In this document: positions 22,441 to 31,734 of the stretch, in pieces
How the letters are laid out: every line of letters begins with the position of its first letter
How positions within the stretch are numbered: the first letter of the stretch is position 1
IMG/VR virus record: IMGVR_UViG_2690316068_000001
Coordinates: 31,208-95,207 of that record
DNA length: 64,000 bases
Direction: 5' to 3' (one strand)
Origin: a virus
Lineage: Duplodnaviria; Heunggongvirae; Uroviricota; Caudoviricetes
Translations under genes and position numbers: made by a program
Notes under the pieces: generated by a model
Database searches by the model: none
Seen by the model: only the letters and a program-made list of their open reading frames with translations
Told to the model about the DNA's origin: nothing

Positions 22441-23077
22441 CCGCTTTTACATGATGTGCTTGCGTGAAACTGTGGGTAATAACGCCTCATTCCATTGCCA
22501 TAACGGCAATGGTTACAGTTCTGATATCGATCGCGCTCATGTTTACACGCTGGAAGAAGCCCAAAAAGCCTGGAATTGTGGACGAGATATCGATCAGCCT
22601 GTTTGCGCTGATAGCGTGGATGCAATGGCTGTGTGGCACGTTGATTGCCAGTACATCCCCACAGAAAGCCTGATTGAGTCAGATTGCACTGCGTATGTGG
22701 CCTACAAAAAAGGTAGCTGGAACGGCAACGATGTTTACTGGCTTCAACACGGTGGATTGCCAACAGATGACTTCAGTAAAGCGACCATCTTTAGCGTCGC
22801 CAACAAAAACGAACCAGGAATAGTTTGGTTGCCATTTTCCATTGCTGATGCAGCAAAGCGTCGGACGTTCAATATCAATAACTTTAACCGCAGAACAATG
22901 GTTCAGGGCGCAGGTTTGGTCATGCCTGACTGGTTGAAAGAGCAGAACAGAAGAAAGAAGTCGCGAAGCGGGAAGGTGCGTTGGAATTGTCCGCATTGCG
23001 GAAAAATAACCTGGCAGTACAGCCCATATGATTTTGAAGGCTGTAGTGATTACAACTGTGAAGGATGGCGAGAATGA
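22433..23077 (+). CDS. hypothetical Cys-rich protein with C-terminal zinc-ribbon-like motif
   Basis: 214 aa; CPHCGK...CSDYNCEG near C-terminus. Confidence 0.4.
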   Translation: MNNRFYMMCLRETVGNNASFHCHNGNGYSSDIDRAHVYTLEEAQKAWNCGRDIDQPVCADSVDAMAVWHVDCQYIPTESLIESDCTAYVAYKKGSWNGNDVYWLQHGGLPTDDFSKATIFSVANKNEPGIVWLPFSIADAAKRRTFNINNFNRRTMVQGAGLVMPDWLKEQNRRKKSRSGKVRWNCPHCGKITWQYSPYDFEGCSDYNCEGWRE

Positions 23078-23661
23078 CAATTGACTATCAGGCACTGCGT
23101 GAGGCGGCAGTTGCAGTAGAAACAGAACCTATGCATCAAAATTTTGTGGCGTTTCGTATGGCGTTCACGCCATCGGTGGCACTGGCACTACTGGATGAAA
23201 TTAAGCGGCTGGAAGACACAAATATTGATGCTATGTGCCGTATTGCAGAGCTTGAGACTAATCTCGCGGCGCTGGTGGCAGAGAACGCCGGACTGAAACA
23301 CGCAATGGCCGTAACTCTTGAGCATGTGTCGGTCACGGATGCAGGGCAGGCCGGAGTTGCTGCAATGATTATCAACGATGCCCTGCACCACAGCGAAACT
23401 CCAGCTACCGATGCTTTTCTAGCTGAAGTGAAGACTGAAGCACGCAAGGAAGGCGCTTATTTTGTGGCGAACAGAATGCTGGCTGCCTGGGAAGCTGGTT
23501 TTATTGATGATACTGCGAAGAACGCCGCGGATATTGCCCGGATGATTCTTACCTCTACTGAGTTTATGGCTAATGCGCCGGAAGGCGATTTTGACCGCTC
23601 ATTCTCTGATGGCGTTCTCGAAGATATCGCCGACCAGCTTCGAAAAGGAGGCAACCAGTGA
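23065..23661 (+). CDS. hypothetical protein (paralog 1, shared N-terminal domain)
   Basis: N-terminus ...IDYQALREAA...ALALLDE... shared with following gene. Confidence 0.4.
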   Translation: MARMTIDYQALREAAVAVETEPMHQNFVAFRMAFTPSVALALLDEIKRLEDTNIDAMCRIAELETNLAALVAENAGLKHAMAVTLEHVSVTDAGQAGVAAMIINDALHHSETPATDAFLAEVKTEARKEGAYFVANRMLAAWEAGFIDDTAKNAADIARMILTSTEFMANAPEGDFDRSFSDGVLEDIADQLRKGGNQ

Positions 23662-24317
23662 GCAAGATTGACTATCAGGCACTGCGTGAGGCGGCGGAAC
23701 GTGCAATTCCAGCAATGGAACGCCTGTTAATGTTGCCAGCTGATGATGATTTGTTAAGTGAACAGGAACTTAAAGATTACGGTGTGGATATTGATGCGCT
23801 CAACGCCTTCAAATTTCTGGCCGGACCAGAAACCGTGCTGGCACTACTGGATGAACGGGAAAGAAACCAGCAATACATCAAACGCCGTGACCAGGAGAAC
23901 GAGGATATTGCGCTAACGGTAGGGAAGCTGAGAGTTGAGCTTGAGGAAGCAAAATCAAAACTCAACGAGCAGCGTGAGTATTACGAAGGTGTTATCTCGG
24001 ATGGAAGTAAGCGCATAGCAGAACTGGAAGCGCGGGAAATAAAACCAGCCAAAGGTGAAGTTCTGGTCGTTGTATCTGGTTTTACTGGTTGCGGAAAAAG
24101 CGCCATTGCCGGGGAAATAGAAATCGCGATGAAGGCTATTGGTGTACCGGTTAAGTGGACTAATGGCGATGCAGAAAAGCGCATGACTGGCGCTGACTGG
24201 CTGACTGCGATTGAGATGTACAAACCAACTGTGCGCATCGTGGAAGTTAATGTGCCACGCGCCGCTGGAATTCGCACCAAAGGAGATGCAGGAGAGCAAA
24301 GCGATGAAAAACCGTAA
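23658..24317 (+). CDS. hypothetical protein (paralog 2) with P-loop-like motif
   Basis: N-terminus MSKIDYQALREAA...VLALLDE; C-terminal SGFTGCGKS resembles Walker A. Confidence 0.4.
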   Translation: MSKIDYQALREAAERAIPAMERLLMLPADDDLLSEQELKDYGVDIDALNAFKFLAGPETVLALLDERERNQQYIKRRDQENEDIALTVGKLRVELEEAKSKLNEQREYYEGVISDGSKRIAELEAREIKPAKGEVLVVVSGFTGCGKSAIAGEIEIAMKAIGVPVKWTNGDAEKRMTGADWLTAIEMYKPTVRIVEVNVPRAAGIRTKGDAGEQSDEKP

Positions 24318-24493
24318 AGCAAAGATTCTGTTAGTTCGTAGAAACGCTCCTGGCGTCTGGCAGTGGGTGAGACTCAGCAACCGACGGATGGGGTTGATGA
24401 AATATTACGGGATGATGGATTGTGGTTTTTGCAAAAAGCCCAGCGCGGCGCAAAACCGCTGGAAAAACCACTTGCGCACTAAAGGAGAGTGAT

Positions 24494-24703
24494 ATGGCTA
24501 TCGCTGCAAGTTACACCATGCATCTCTATTGTGATTGCCTCCAGTGTACAGATGGCAAATATAAGTCGCCAGACTTCGGTGAGTATATAGGTACGTCATG
24601 GGCTGGCTGTGCAAAAGAGGCGCGCAAGGATGGCTGGCGAATAAGCAAAGACAAAACGCGTGCTTTTGCGCCCGGGCATAAAGTTTTGAGGATTAACAAA
24701 TGA
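24494..24703 (+). CDS. hypothetical small Cys-rich protein
   Basis: Internal Met of ORF 24422-24703; CDCLQC...C motif. Confidence 0.3.
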   Translation: MAIAASYTMHLYCDCLQCTDGKYKSPDFGEYIGTSWAGCAKEARKDGWRISKDKTRAFAPGHKVLRINK

Positions 24704-25575
24704 CCACTTTAACCGACAAAGAACTGATTAAAGAAATCAAAGAGCGCATAGGTAGCCTGGATGTGAGAGACAATATTGAGCGCCGTGCTTATGAAATTGC
24801 TCTGGCATCACTGGAGGCAGAGCCAGTGGCAAAAATTATAGCTCACTACCCATTAGGAATTGACGTAGGCAAACAAAAGTTCGTACAGGCCATTGGAGAG
24901 CTTCCTGACTTTGGAGGACATCTATTCGCCGCTCCACCCGTTCCAGTAGTACCGGAAGAAAAACCAATGCCTAATCCTCTTAGCATGTACGCGGTTGATG
25001 CTGTTGCCGCTATTGCAGAGGTAAGAGGCTGGAACGCCTGCCGCGCCGCCATGCTTCAGTCCGGAAACTTTCGGGAAAACAAGAATTCGTCAACCAATAA
25101 TTTTCGGGAAATCGCGGAAACGTCAACCAACTATCCGGTAATTCCTAGTGAGGTGTTGTCCGCAATCTTGAAGGTTGCCAAGATTCGTGCCGATTTCGAT
25201 GATTTTGACGGTGACAGGCGAGGTATCGGTGATTGTCTGGATGAGGCTGAGCAAGAGCTTATCGTTACCATTAACAAATATGCCAGTCAGTTGGCAGCAG
25301 AACCTATAGCGCCTAATGACGTTCGAGAGCAGACAGCCATTCCGCAAGTTCCGGTAACTCCGGATGGTTGGATAAGCTGTAGTGAGCGAATGCCGGATAC
25401 CAAAACAGCCGTTCTTGTTGCCAGGGAGTTTGACAGGAAAGGTGACTGGCGAATGAAATGGGCGACTTACATCCCGGGGCATCCTGACGCTAATGATGGG
25501 TGGGTAATACCTGGTGCGTCGTGGATTCCATCACACTGGATGCCGCTACCAGAACCGCCGCAGGAGGCGAAATGA
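24700..25575 (+). CDS. hypothetical protein
   Basis: 291-aa ORF in operon. Confidence 0.4.
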   Translation: MTTLTDKELIKEIKERIGSLDVRDNIERRAYEIALASLEAEPVAKIIAHYPLGIDVGKQKFVQAIGELPDFGGHLFAAPPVPVVPEEKPMPNPLSMYAVDAVAAIAEVRGWNACRAAMLQSGNFRENKNSSTNNFREIAETSTNYPVIPSEVLSAILKVAKIRADFDDFDGDRRGIGDCLDEAEQELIVTINKYASQLAAEPIAPNDVREQTAIPQVPVTPDGWISCSERMPDTKTAVLVAREFDRKGDWRMKWATYIPGHPDANDGWVIPGASWIPSHWMPLPEPPQEAK

Positions 25576-25832
25576 TGGATGTAAAAGAGAAGGTTTTGCA
25601 GGTGATGCGTTCCCGTGCTGCCCTACAAGAGAAAGCTCTCGGCGGTGAATATCCATTCACGATAGCAACCTGGAATCTGCGGTTGGCAATGGAGAAGGAA
25701 TTTCCTGATGAAGAATGGCGCTCGGCAGATTTGCGCAAAATTCTTATGGAGCTGGCTAAAGACGGAACAGTATCCAAAGATACCCATGCCAGCCGGATTG
25801 GTCAGGCGGTATGGAGACTTGAGGTGCGGTAA
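25573..25832 (+). CDS. hypothetical protein
   Basis: In-frame Met (MMDVKEK) of ORF 25500-25832, coupled to upstream gene. Confidence 0.3.
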
Positions 25833-25908
25833 TGAGCTGGCCTGAAGCATTTGCGATTGTAGGCGTAGCTATGGCGATTGCCGCTATTTTTATCTTCTGG
25901 GGGTAACG

Positions 25909-26142
25909 ATGGGAAAATTAACTTTTGTTGTCGAATTTGAGGATGGCAAAGAGCCACCTGTTAGCGCCAATCTTGATGTTGCTGGTGGCAGGCTGGTTTC
26001 GGTTCTATTTGGTGATTACCGCGACGACTTCTTTCAGCCTGAAGAAGTTGATGTAGTGCGAGAAGCATTAAACGAGCTAAGTGTTGATAACGATGATGCT
26101 CATGCGGAAATCATCAAAAAAATGGAACTGCTAACTCACTAA
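25909..26142 (+). CDS. hypothetical small acidic protein
   Basis: 77-aa ORF. Confidence 0.3.
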   Translation: MGKLTFVVEFEDGKEPPVSANLDVAGGRLVSVLFGDYRDDFFQPEEVDVVREALNELSVDNDDAHAEIIKKMELLTH

Positions 26143-26320
26143 ATTATCAATTATGGTGCTATCACCTACGACACCGAGAGAAAATTTATAATGTCAAAAG
26201 TAAATGTTTTGATTTTTTCAGCAATTGTTGGCTTTGGTTTTACTGCCGGAGTGCAGATTTATATTGCGTGGGAAAAAATCATCAACTACGCATGGAGTTG
26301 TTTTATTAAGTGAGGTAAGT

Positions 26321-26614
26321 ATGTGGAGAGGTAATAGTCATGGCAAAAGCCAGATGATACTTACCGAATATCAGTTTGACCATAAAACCAATAAATCACG
26401 TTCAGTATATTTGCTTCGGCACAATAGCCGCGTAAGGAATACCGTGCTGGAGCAAAATCTGACTGTTGAAATGGATAATTACGGTGGCTTCAAGCCAACA
26501 ATTTCGCTTGATGATTTTCCTCGTGGTTTAAGCGAAAGAGAAGCAATGCTGAAATTAGCAGAATGGCTACAAAGATTAAGCATTGCTATTGAAGATAACT
26601 GGTCTGAACCTTAA
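26321..26614 (+). CDS. hypothetical protein
   Basis: Internal Met of ORF 26225-26614; AT-rich. Confidence 0.3.
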   Translation: MWRGNSHGKSQMILTEYQFDHKTNKSRSVYLLRHNSRVRNTVLEQNLTVEMDNYGGFKPTISLDDFPRGLSEREAMLKLAEWLQRLSIAIEDNWSEP

Positions 26615-26620
26615 ATTTAT

Positions 26621-26995
26621 ATGATGACACTAAAACATTTTCTTGACCGCCCATTATGGGCGGCAGCCGCAGGCTATGACTTTAATTATATGGATTGCAT
26701 GTCTTATACTGCCAATGCATACGACCATTCGTTCAGCCTGCTGTTTAATTCTTTAAGAATATTGCCGGAAACAGAAGTTGGAGAGCTTCATTTATGGCTA
26801 TTGGGCTTTATCGCGGCTGTCGTTGGTATTGCTGTATGGCCTTTTATTTTCTGGCTGGTGGCTGTTGTAGTGTGGTTTAAGTGCAAGACGTACCGGAGAA
26901 AGTATTTCTTAGGTGATGGAATGACTGATATTGCCAAAATGAACATTGAAAAATGGACTAAGGAATGTGAAAAGAAATGGCGCAAAAAGAAATGA
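26621..26995 (+). CDS. hypothetical membrane protein
   Basis: 124 aa with strongly hydrophobic central segment (LWLLGFIAAVVGIAVWPFIFWLVAVVVWF). Confidence 0.4.
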   Translation: MMTLKHFLDRPLWAAAAGYDFNYMDCMSYTANAYDHSFSLLFNSLRILPETEVGELHLWLLGFIAAVVGIAVWPFIFWLVAVVVWFKCKTYRRKYFLGDGMTDIAKMNIEKWTKECEKKWRKKK

Positions 26996-27909
26996 CCAGA
27001 ATCACTGAAGAGCGTATATCAGAGATTATTTCCCGTATCGAAATGTATGGTCACGGTGCTGGATATACGGCAGATGAAGTATTGGCACTTGCCCAAATGG
27101 TTTTGGCGGCTTGCAAAGATGATAAAAAAATGAAGTTTATCGACTTGTTAGTGAAGGAGCTGCCTAAGTGCGGCGGGTGGCCTGATGGAATGAGTTATTG
27201 TTACCTACCCAGTGTCAATTTAATGGCACCATGCGCGACTTTTGCTTTTGGCTCAGACCACAAAAAAGACACTTTCTTTGGGCGCAATTTTTGTTGTGAT
27301 ATTGAGCTTCCAATTGGTGACCTTGATAGCGATGAATACCAGTCAGTTGTCACTCGCGAACAATACGAATCAGCTCTCATAGCGTCGCAGAAAGTCGAGT
27401 TCAATGGTGATGAACTTGAAAGTAAGACTTACAGGTTGGATTTTGGGCAATGGCTGGAACAGCAACGCGGGAAAATCGATGTGGACTGTGGTTGTGTGTC
27501 CACTGAAACATTCATGCACTGGCTGCGGGTAGCTTACGAGGCTGGCAACTATCCGGATATTCCGGATAGTTCGGTGCCAGCGCCAGGAAAGGGCGTCACC
27601 GGTGAACGTATCCGCATTAAGCCGCATGTTTATCGCGAACTGGTTAACCGTCTCCACGATACAGCGATCAAGTGTGCTGGCACCCAGCAATTACGAGAAA
27701 GAATTAGCCGTGTTTTGGGCGACGTTATTACGCCATATCATCATAAACAAGCCGAGAAAAGCGGTCTGGAAAGGTGTCATCTTGAGGCAGTATTAAACAT
27801 TAAGCCGGGGCATACGCTTGGCATTATTGATGCACTGTTGGTTCATAAGATGGCCATGGCTTTATTGTCGTTGGTGGACGCTGGTGATACAAGCGAGGGT
27901 GAAGTATGA
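26977..27909 (+). CDS. hypothetical protein
   Basis: 310-aa ORF. Confidence 0.4.
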   Translation: MAQKEMTRITEERISEIISRIEMYGHGAGYTADEVLALAQMVLAACKDDKKMKFIDLLVKELPKCGGWPDGMSYCYLPSVNLMAPCATFAFGSDHKKDTFFGRNFCCDIELPIGDLDSDEYQSVVTREQYESALIASQKVEFNGDELESKTYRLDFGQWLEQQRGKIDVDCGCVSTETFMHWLRVAYEAGNYPDIPDSSVPAPGKGVTGERIRIKPHVYRELVNRLHDTAIKCAGTQQLRERISRVLGDVITPYHHKQAEKSGLERCHLEAVLNIKPGHTLGIIDALLVHKMAMALLSLVDAGDTSEGEV

Positions 27910-28268
27910 GAGTTGCAGATCACATCAAACACCTTGAAAGAATTATCGAAAACGGTGAACTCTTAAGAGATCAGATGAGACGCACGGCAGAAGCCAGGGA
28001 GGCGATAATCCGCAGTCAGGCTGGTAAATTAAAGCAATTGTCAGAGATTAACACGCTATACAAGAACAGACGTAACCGGGCGGTGATGCGGCTTCAGAAA
28101 GCACGTAATGAAATTAAATTGGTGGAGGCAAAACTGAAAAAACAGATCCAGCGTTACGATCAGCAAGATGCTTTTTATGCCGCCATCAAGGCGGCTGCTA
28201 ATGAAATAGGCATCTGGAAGTTGCTGGTGGAGAAAGCAAAGACGAAGTTAAATGCCAACGAAAGCTGA
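27906..28268 (+). CDS. hypothetical coiled-coil protein
   Basis: 120 aa, charged heptad-like. Confidence 0.4.
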   Translation: MRVADHIKHLERIIENGELLRDQMRRTAEAREAIIRSQAGKLKQLSEINTLYKNRRNRAVMRLQKARNEIKLVEAKLKKQIQRYDQQDAFYAAIKAAANEIGIWKLLVEKAKTKLNANES

Positions 28269-28343
28269 ACTACAGGTGCCCACCAGCACATACAGAAAAT
28301 GATTGTTTCCACATCAAGGAGATTTTAATGTTTCACTGAAACA

Positions 28344-28481
28344 TTAAGTAAGCCAGTGCATAATTCCATTTTTTACTGACCTTAAAAGCAAAATCAAAAC
28401 GATGATGAGGATAATAGCCAGAATCTGGCTAATAATAGGCGCATCTAAAAATGCACTCAGGAACTGAAAAAAAGCGTTCAT
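28344..28481 (-). CDS. small hydrophobic peptide (45 aa), possible membrane-active peptide
   Basis: MNAFFQFLSAFLDAPIISQILAIILIIVLILLLRSVKNGIMHWLT on minus strand in AT-rich gap. Confidence 0.25.
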   Translation of the reverse strand: MNAFFQFLSAFLDAPIISQILAIILIIVLILLLRSVKNGIMHWLT

Positions 28482-29343
28482 TCAGGTGGTTCCTTGTCAA
28501 ATGTAAAGGTGCACTTGCTCACGTTGACGTAGAAACCCAACCCCTATATAGTTGGATTCGGTGAATGAAAGTCGTTAACGTGAGCTTACGGCACATGTTT
28601 TCGGAAAAACATCAGGGAACGGCTAATTCCTTGATGCGGGTGGGGTCTGTAATGCAGACCCTATCTATTAACGTCATGATTGCATCTCAAATTTTCTCCT
28701 TATCTTCAATTAATCTACATTCATTTCATCTGTTAGCCACCACAATATGTAGAAAATGGCCCTCTTGCAAGTGCATAACTTTGTGGATAACTCAGGAAGG
28801 AAAAAGTGGCTTTCGCGCACCTTCGGTCAGACAAGGTGTCCGGGAAAGTCAACGCAAAGAAAAAAATTGTTAAAAATAACGTTTGTTGGAATTGTATATT
28901 TCTATCCCCTTCAATGGTTAGCATTCTATTAACATCTTTTTTTAGAGACAGAAAAACATATCGTAACAACATATATACAGTATTAAGAGGCGAGTATTAT
29001 CCTGCGGTGGGAATTCTGGGTGCTGTTAGATTCGACTTTCTCAGCAGGATTACATCGTCAACTTGCGACGTTGCCGTATGACTTTCGTGTAATAGGTGAC
29101 AATGATGCGGCTAGTGAGTTACTTGTGAAGTTTTTCGGAAAAGGTTTTGTGGCCTCGGATCTTGATGAGCTACAGCAACATGAAGTGTCTAATTTGATTT
29201 TTAGCCATAGCCAATAAGCCTCCCTCCTCCATCAAGGCCACAATTTGTGACCTTAAACAATTTGTTTTCTGCTTTTTCTTATTTGAGGAAATAACGTTGT
29301 TGACAGCTAATAGGCTCGTTGTTGTTATACATGCCTGTATAGA

Positions 29344-29700
29344 TTATGACCGTAAATTATTAGCGGATTTTAAGCCATATTCACCGTTGTAGAAATTACT
29401 CATGTTCCATTCATTAGGAAGTTCTTTTCTGTCCAATGTATAGTGGCGCACGATATAACGATCTTCATCTTCTTCGATGGACAGGCGGACATAGCCAATG
29501 TGAATCACCGATACGGGCGGTGTTCGTATTGCATAGATGTCGCGGAGATATACCGGCAGCTCGACAAATGCATCAGGTGCATCTGTGATGCTCGTTTTTT
29601 CACAGTATTCATATAACGCATCGTTGATATCGTTAAGAGATTCATGATCGTATATTTCCAGGTAATTACCGCGATCACGATGGTACTCGATTTTAGCCAT
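29344..29700 (-). CDS. hypothetical protein (gene 2 of two-gene minus-strand cassette)
   Basis: 118-aa ORF whose start abuts stop of upstream 194-aa ORF. Confidence 0.45.
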   Translation of the reverse strand: MAKIEYHRDRGNYLEIYDHESLNDINDALYEYCEKTSITDAPDAFVELPVYLRDIYAIRTPPVSVIHIGYVRLSIEEDEDRYIVRHYTLDRKELPNEWNMSNFYNGEYGLKSANNLRS

Positions 29701-30285
29701 TCAAAATCCCCTGTTATCGTTTTGCATTTCTCTAATCCGGTTCAGAACTACTTCGTGCTGGACTTGGATAGCGGCTTTTTCGTTTTCAAGCCGGGCAATA
29801 GACATCTCTAATTCTTTGCTGTACCAGGCGAGCTGGGCCAGGTTCATCCGGTTGTGGTCGAGAGTTGGAGACACTTCGACGCGATCCCTTTCTTCCTGCT
29901 TTAATGAGAAGAGATTTATCTCATCCCTTGAGGAAAATTCAGCAACAATTTCTTGTTGATGATCCGGTCGCTGCGGCATCCTCGCCAGTATAAATGGCGG
30001 TTCTTTTGAAAACATGAATGTCGGTTCAGACCGTGTTTTTACCCAGCTTGCCTGCTGTCTTTCGGCAAGTTCACAGGCTTCATCATAGTTATCTGCCAAA
30101 CAAAGCACGGATGGACGGTCCCACGCCCCACCATTCAGACAATAAACTACAATTTTCCCGTCAGGTTGTGTAACCCCATATGGATGGTCCCACCAGGCGT
30201 CCAGCTGAGCTTTAGAGCGTTTCTCGTTAGGAGTGCAGTCAAAATTTTTGGGCAATACAGGATCGAGAGGAATGCGATTAGGCAT
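29701..30285 (-). CDS. hypothetical protein (gene 1 of two-gene minus-strand cassette)
   Basis: 194-aa ORF divergent from humD promoter region; no motif recognised. Confidence 0.45.
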   Translation of the reverse strand: MPNRIPLDPVLPKNFDCTPNEKRSKAQLDAWWDHPYGVTQPDGKIVVYCLNGGAWDRPSVLCLADNYDEACELAERQQASWVKTRSEPTFMFSKEPPFILARMPQRPDHQQEIVAEFSSRDEINLFSLKQEERDRVEVSPTLDHNRMNLAQLAWYSKELEMSIARLENEKAAIQVQHEVVLNRIREMQNDNRGF

Positions 30286-30423
30286 AGCTAATTCCTTATT
30301 AACTGATTGGCAACGAGGTTACGCTGATCCGTTGGTGATGAATAGTAGCAAAGAGCACAAAATCATCAGCGGTGGTTGATGTACGTAACGCGTTTGCACC
30401 AAAGGTGTCTCTTTAATGTATAC

Positions 30424-30439
30424 TGTATAAATGAACAGT
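30424..30439 (+). promoter_or_regulatory. LexA (SOS) box
   Basis: CTGTATAAATGAACAG fits CTGT-N8-ACAG; 20 bp upstream of humD start. Confidence 0.75.
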
Positions 30440-30459
30440 ATTATTGAGGTGAAAACGCT

Positions 30460-30849
30460 ATGGGCTTCCCTTCTCCTGCGGCGGATTATGTTGAAAGCCG
30501 AATTTCTCTTGATCAGCAACTAATCAGGCATCCATCAGCAACCTACTTCATGCGGGCAGCTGATAGCCATCACCGTGAGGGAATATTGCAGGGTGCTTTG
30601 CTGGTGGTTGATTCCTCGCTTACTCCGGTTGATGGTTCTCTGCTTGTGTGCGCTATGGAGGGTGAATATCGCATAAAGAGATACAGGAAGTATCCGCGCC
30701 AGCACCTGGAGGATTTAAGCACCGGGAAGAAAGAGGCGTTACCAGTAGATGACGATGGATGCACGGGCAGTAATGCTGTTTTTGGTGTGATCACTCATGT
30801 CATCAATGATGCCCGAAGTGGGGAGTTTGATGATTGTCCGGTTATTTAA
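30460..30849 (+). CDS. humD: UmuD-like SOS mutagenesis protein homolog
   Basis: Close parallel to UmuD (FPSPAADYVE..RISLDQQLIRHPSATYFM...VFGVITHVIN); LexA box upstream. Confidence 0.8.
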   Translation: MGFPSPAADYVESRISLDQQLIRHPSATYFMRAADSHHREGILQGALLVVDSSLTPVDGSLLVCAMEGEYRIKRYRKYPRQHLEDLSTGKKEALPVDDDGCTGSNAVFGVITHVINDARSGEFDDCPVI

Positions 30850-30921
30850 GCTGCAAAGGGCTGGTGCTTTATGCCTGTGAGGTTTATAATTGTGTACACA
30901 TAACGAGTACACGAGGTGTTT

Positions 30922-31143
30922 ATGCAATCCATTAACTTCCGTACCGCGCGCGGCAACCTTTCTGAAGTGCTCAACAATGTTGAAGCCGGGGAAGAGGTTG
31001 AAATCACCCGCAGAGGCCGTGAGCCAGCAGTAATTGTCAGCAAGGCTACTTTCGAAGCCTACAAAAAAGCGGCGCTGGATGCTGAATTTGCATCCCTGTT
31101 TGACACCCTGGACTCCACCAACAAGGAACTGGTTAACCGATAA
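30922..31143 (+). CDS. phd: Phd antitoxin
   Basis: 73 aa [49 protein letters not shown]... matches P1 Phd as I recall it; ATGA overlap with doc. Confidence 0.9.
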
Positions 31144-31523
31144 TGAGGCATATATCACCGGAAGAACTTATTGCGCTTCATGATGCGAATATAAGCCGCT
31201 ACGGCGGCCTGCCTGGCATGTCAGATCCGGGCAGGGCAGAGGCCATTATCGGGAGAGTTCAGGCCAGAGTTGCCTACGAAGAGATCACCGACCTTTTCGA
31301 AGTCTCCGCCACCTACCTGGTGGCTACAGCGAGAGGGCATATATTCAATGATGCCAATAAGCGTACCGCGCTAAACAGCGCGCTGCTATTTCTACGCCGT
31401 AACGGGGTGCAGGTATTTGATTCACCTGAACTGGCAGACCTTACTGTAGGCGCTGCGACTGGCGAGATATCTGTATCTTCTGTCGCCGACACGTTACGTA
31501 GATTGTATGGTTCTGCGGAGTAG
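31143..31523 (+). CDS. doc: Doc toxin (Fic-family kinase)
   Basis: 126 aa with Fic motif [11 protein letters not shown]; phd-doc operon arrangement. Confidence 0.9.
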
Positions 31524-31707
31524 ATTAATGGCACGCAAATACAACAAATTGTCCCTTGAAGCGTTAAAGATGCTTCTTGATGGCGTGAGTCGCCGCAAGG
31601 TAAAGCAATACCTGGTTGGTAAGCAAATTGGAGTCAGGACCGCTATTGCTGTGTTATGCCGTCAGGAAATGGTTGTGCTTAAACAGAGAATGCCGGGCAG
31701 CAGATAA
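31507..31707 (+). CDS. small protein downstream of doc (PdcA-like)
   Basis: 66-aa ORF overlapping doc 3-prime end; by position only. Confidence 0.3.
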
Positions 31708-31734
31708 AGCCCAATCAGTGATTAAAGGTGTGAT

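Noticed and set aside
28565-29217. ORFs 28565-28873 (+), 28733-28972 (-), 28806-29081 (+), 29020-29217 (+) in the AT-rich gap
   Set aside because: Mutually overlapping, low-complexity translations, no convincing RBS; more likely non-coding, though 29020-29217 cannot be fully excluded.
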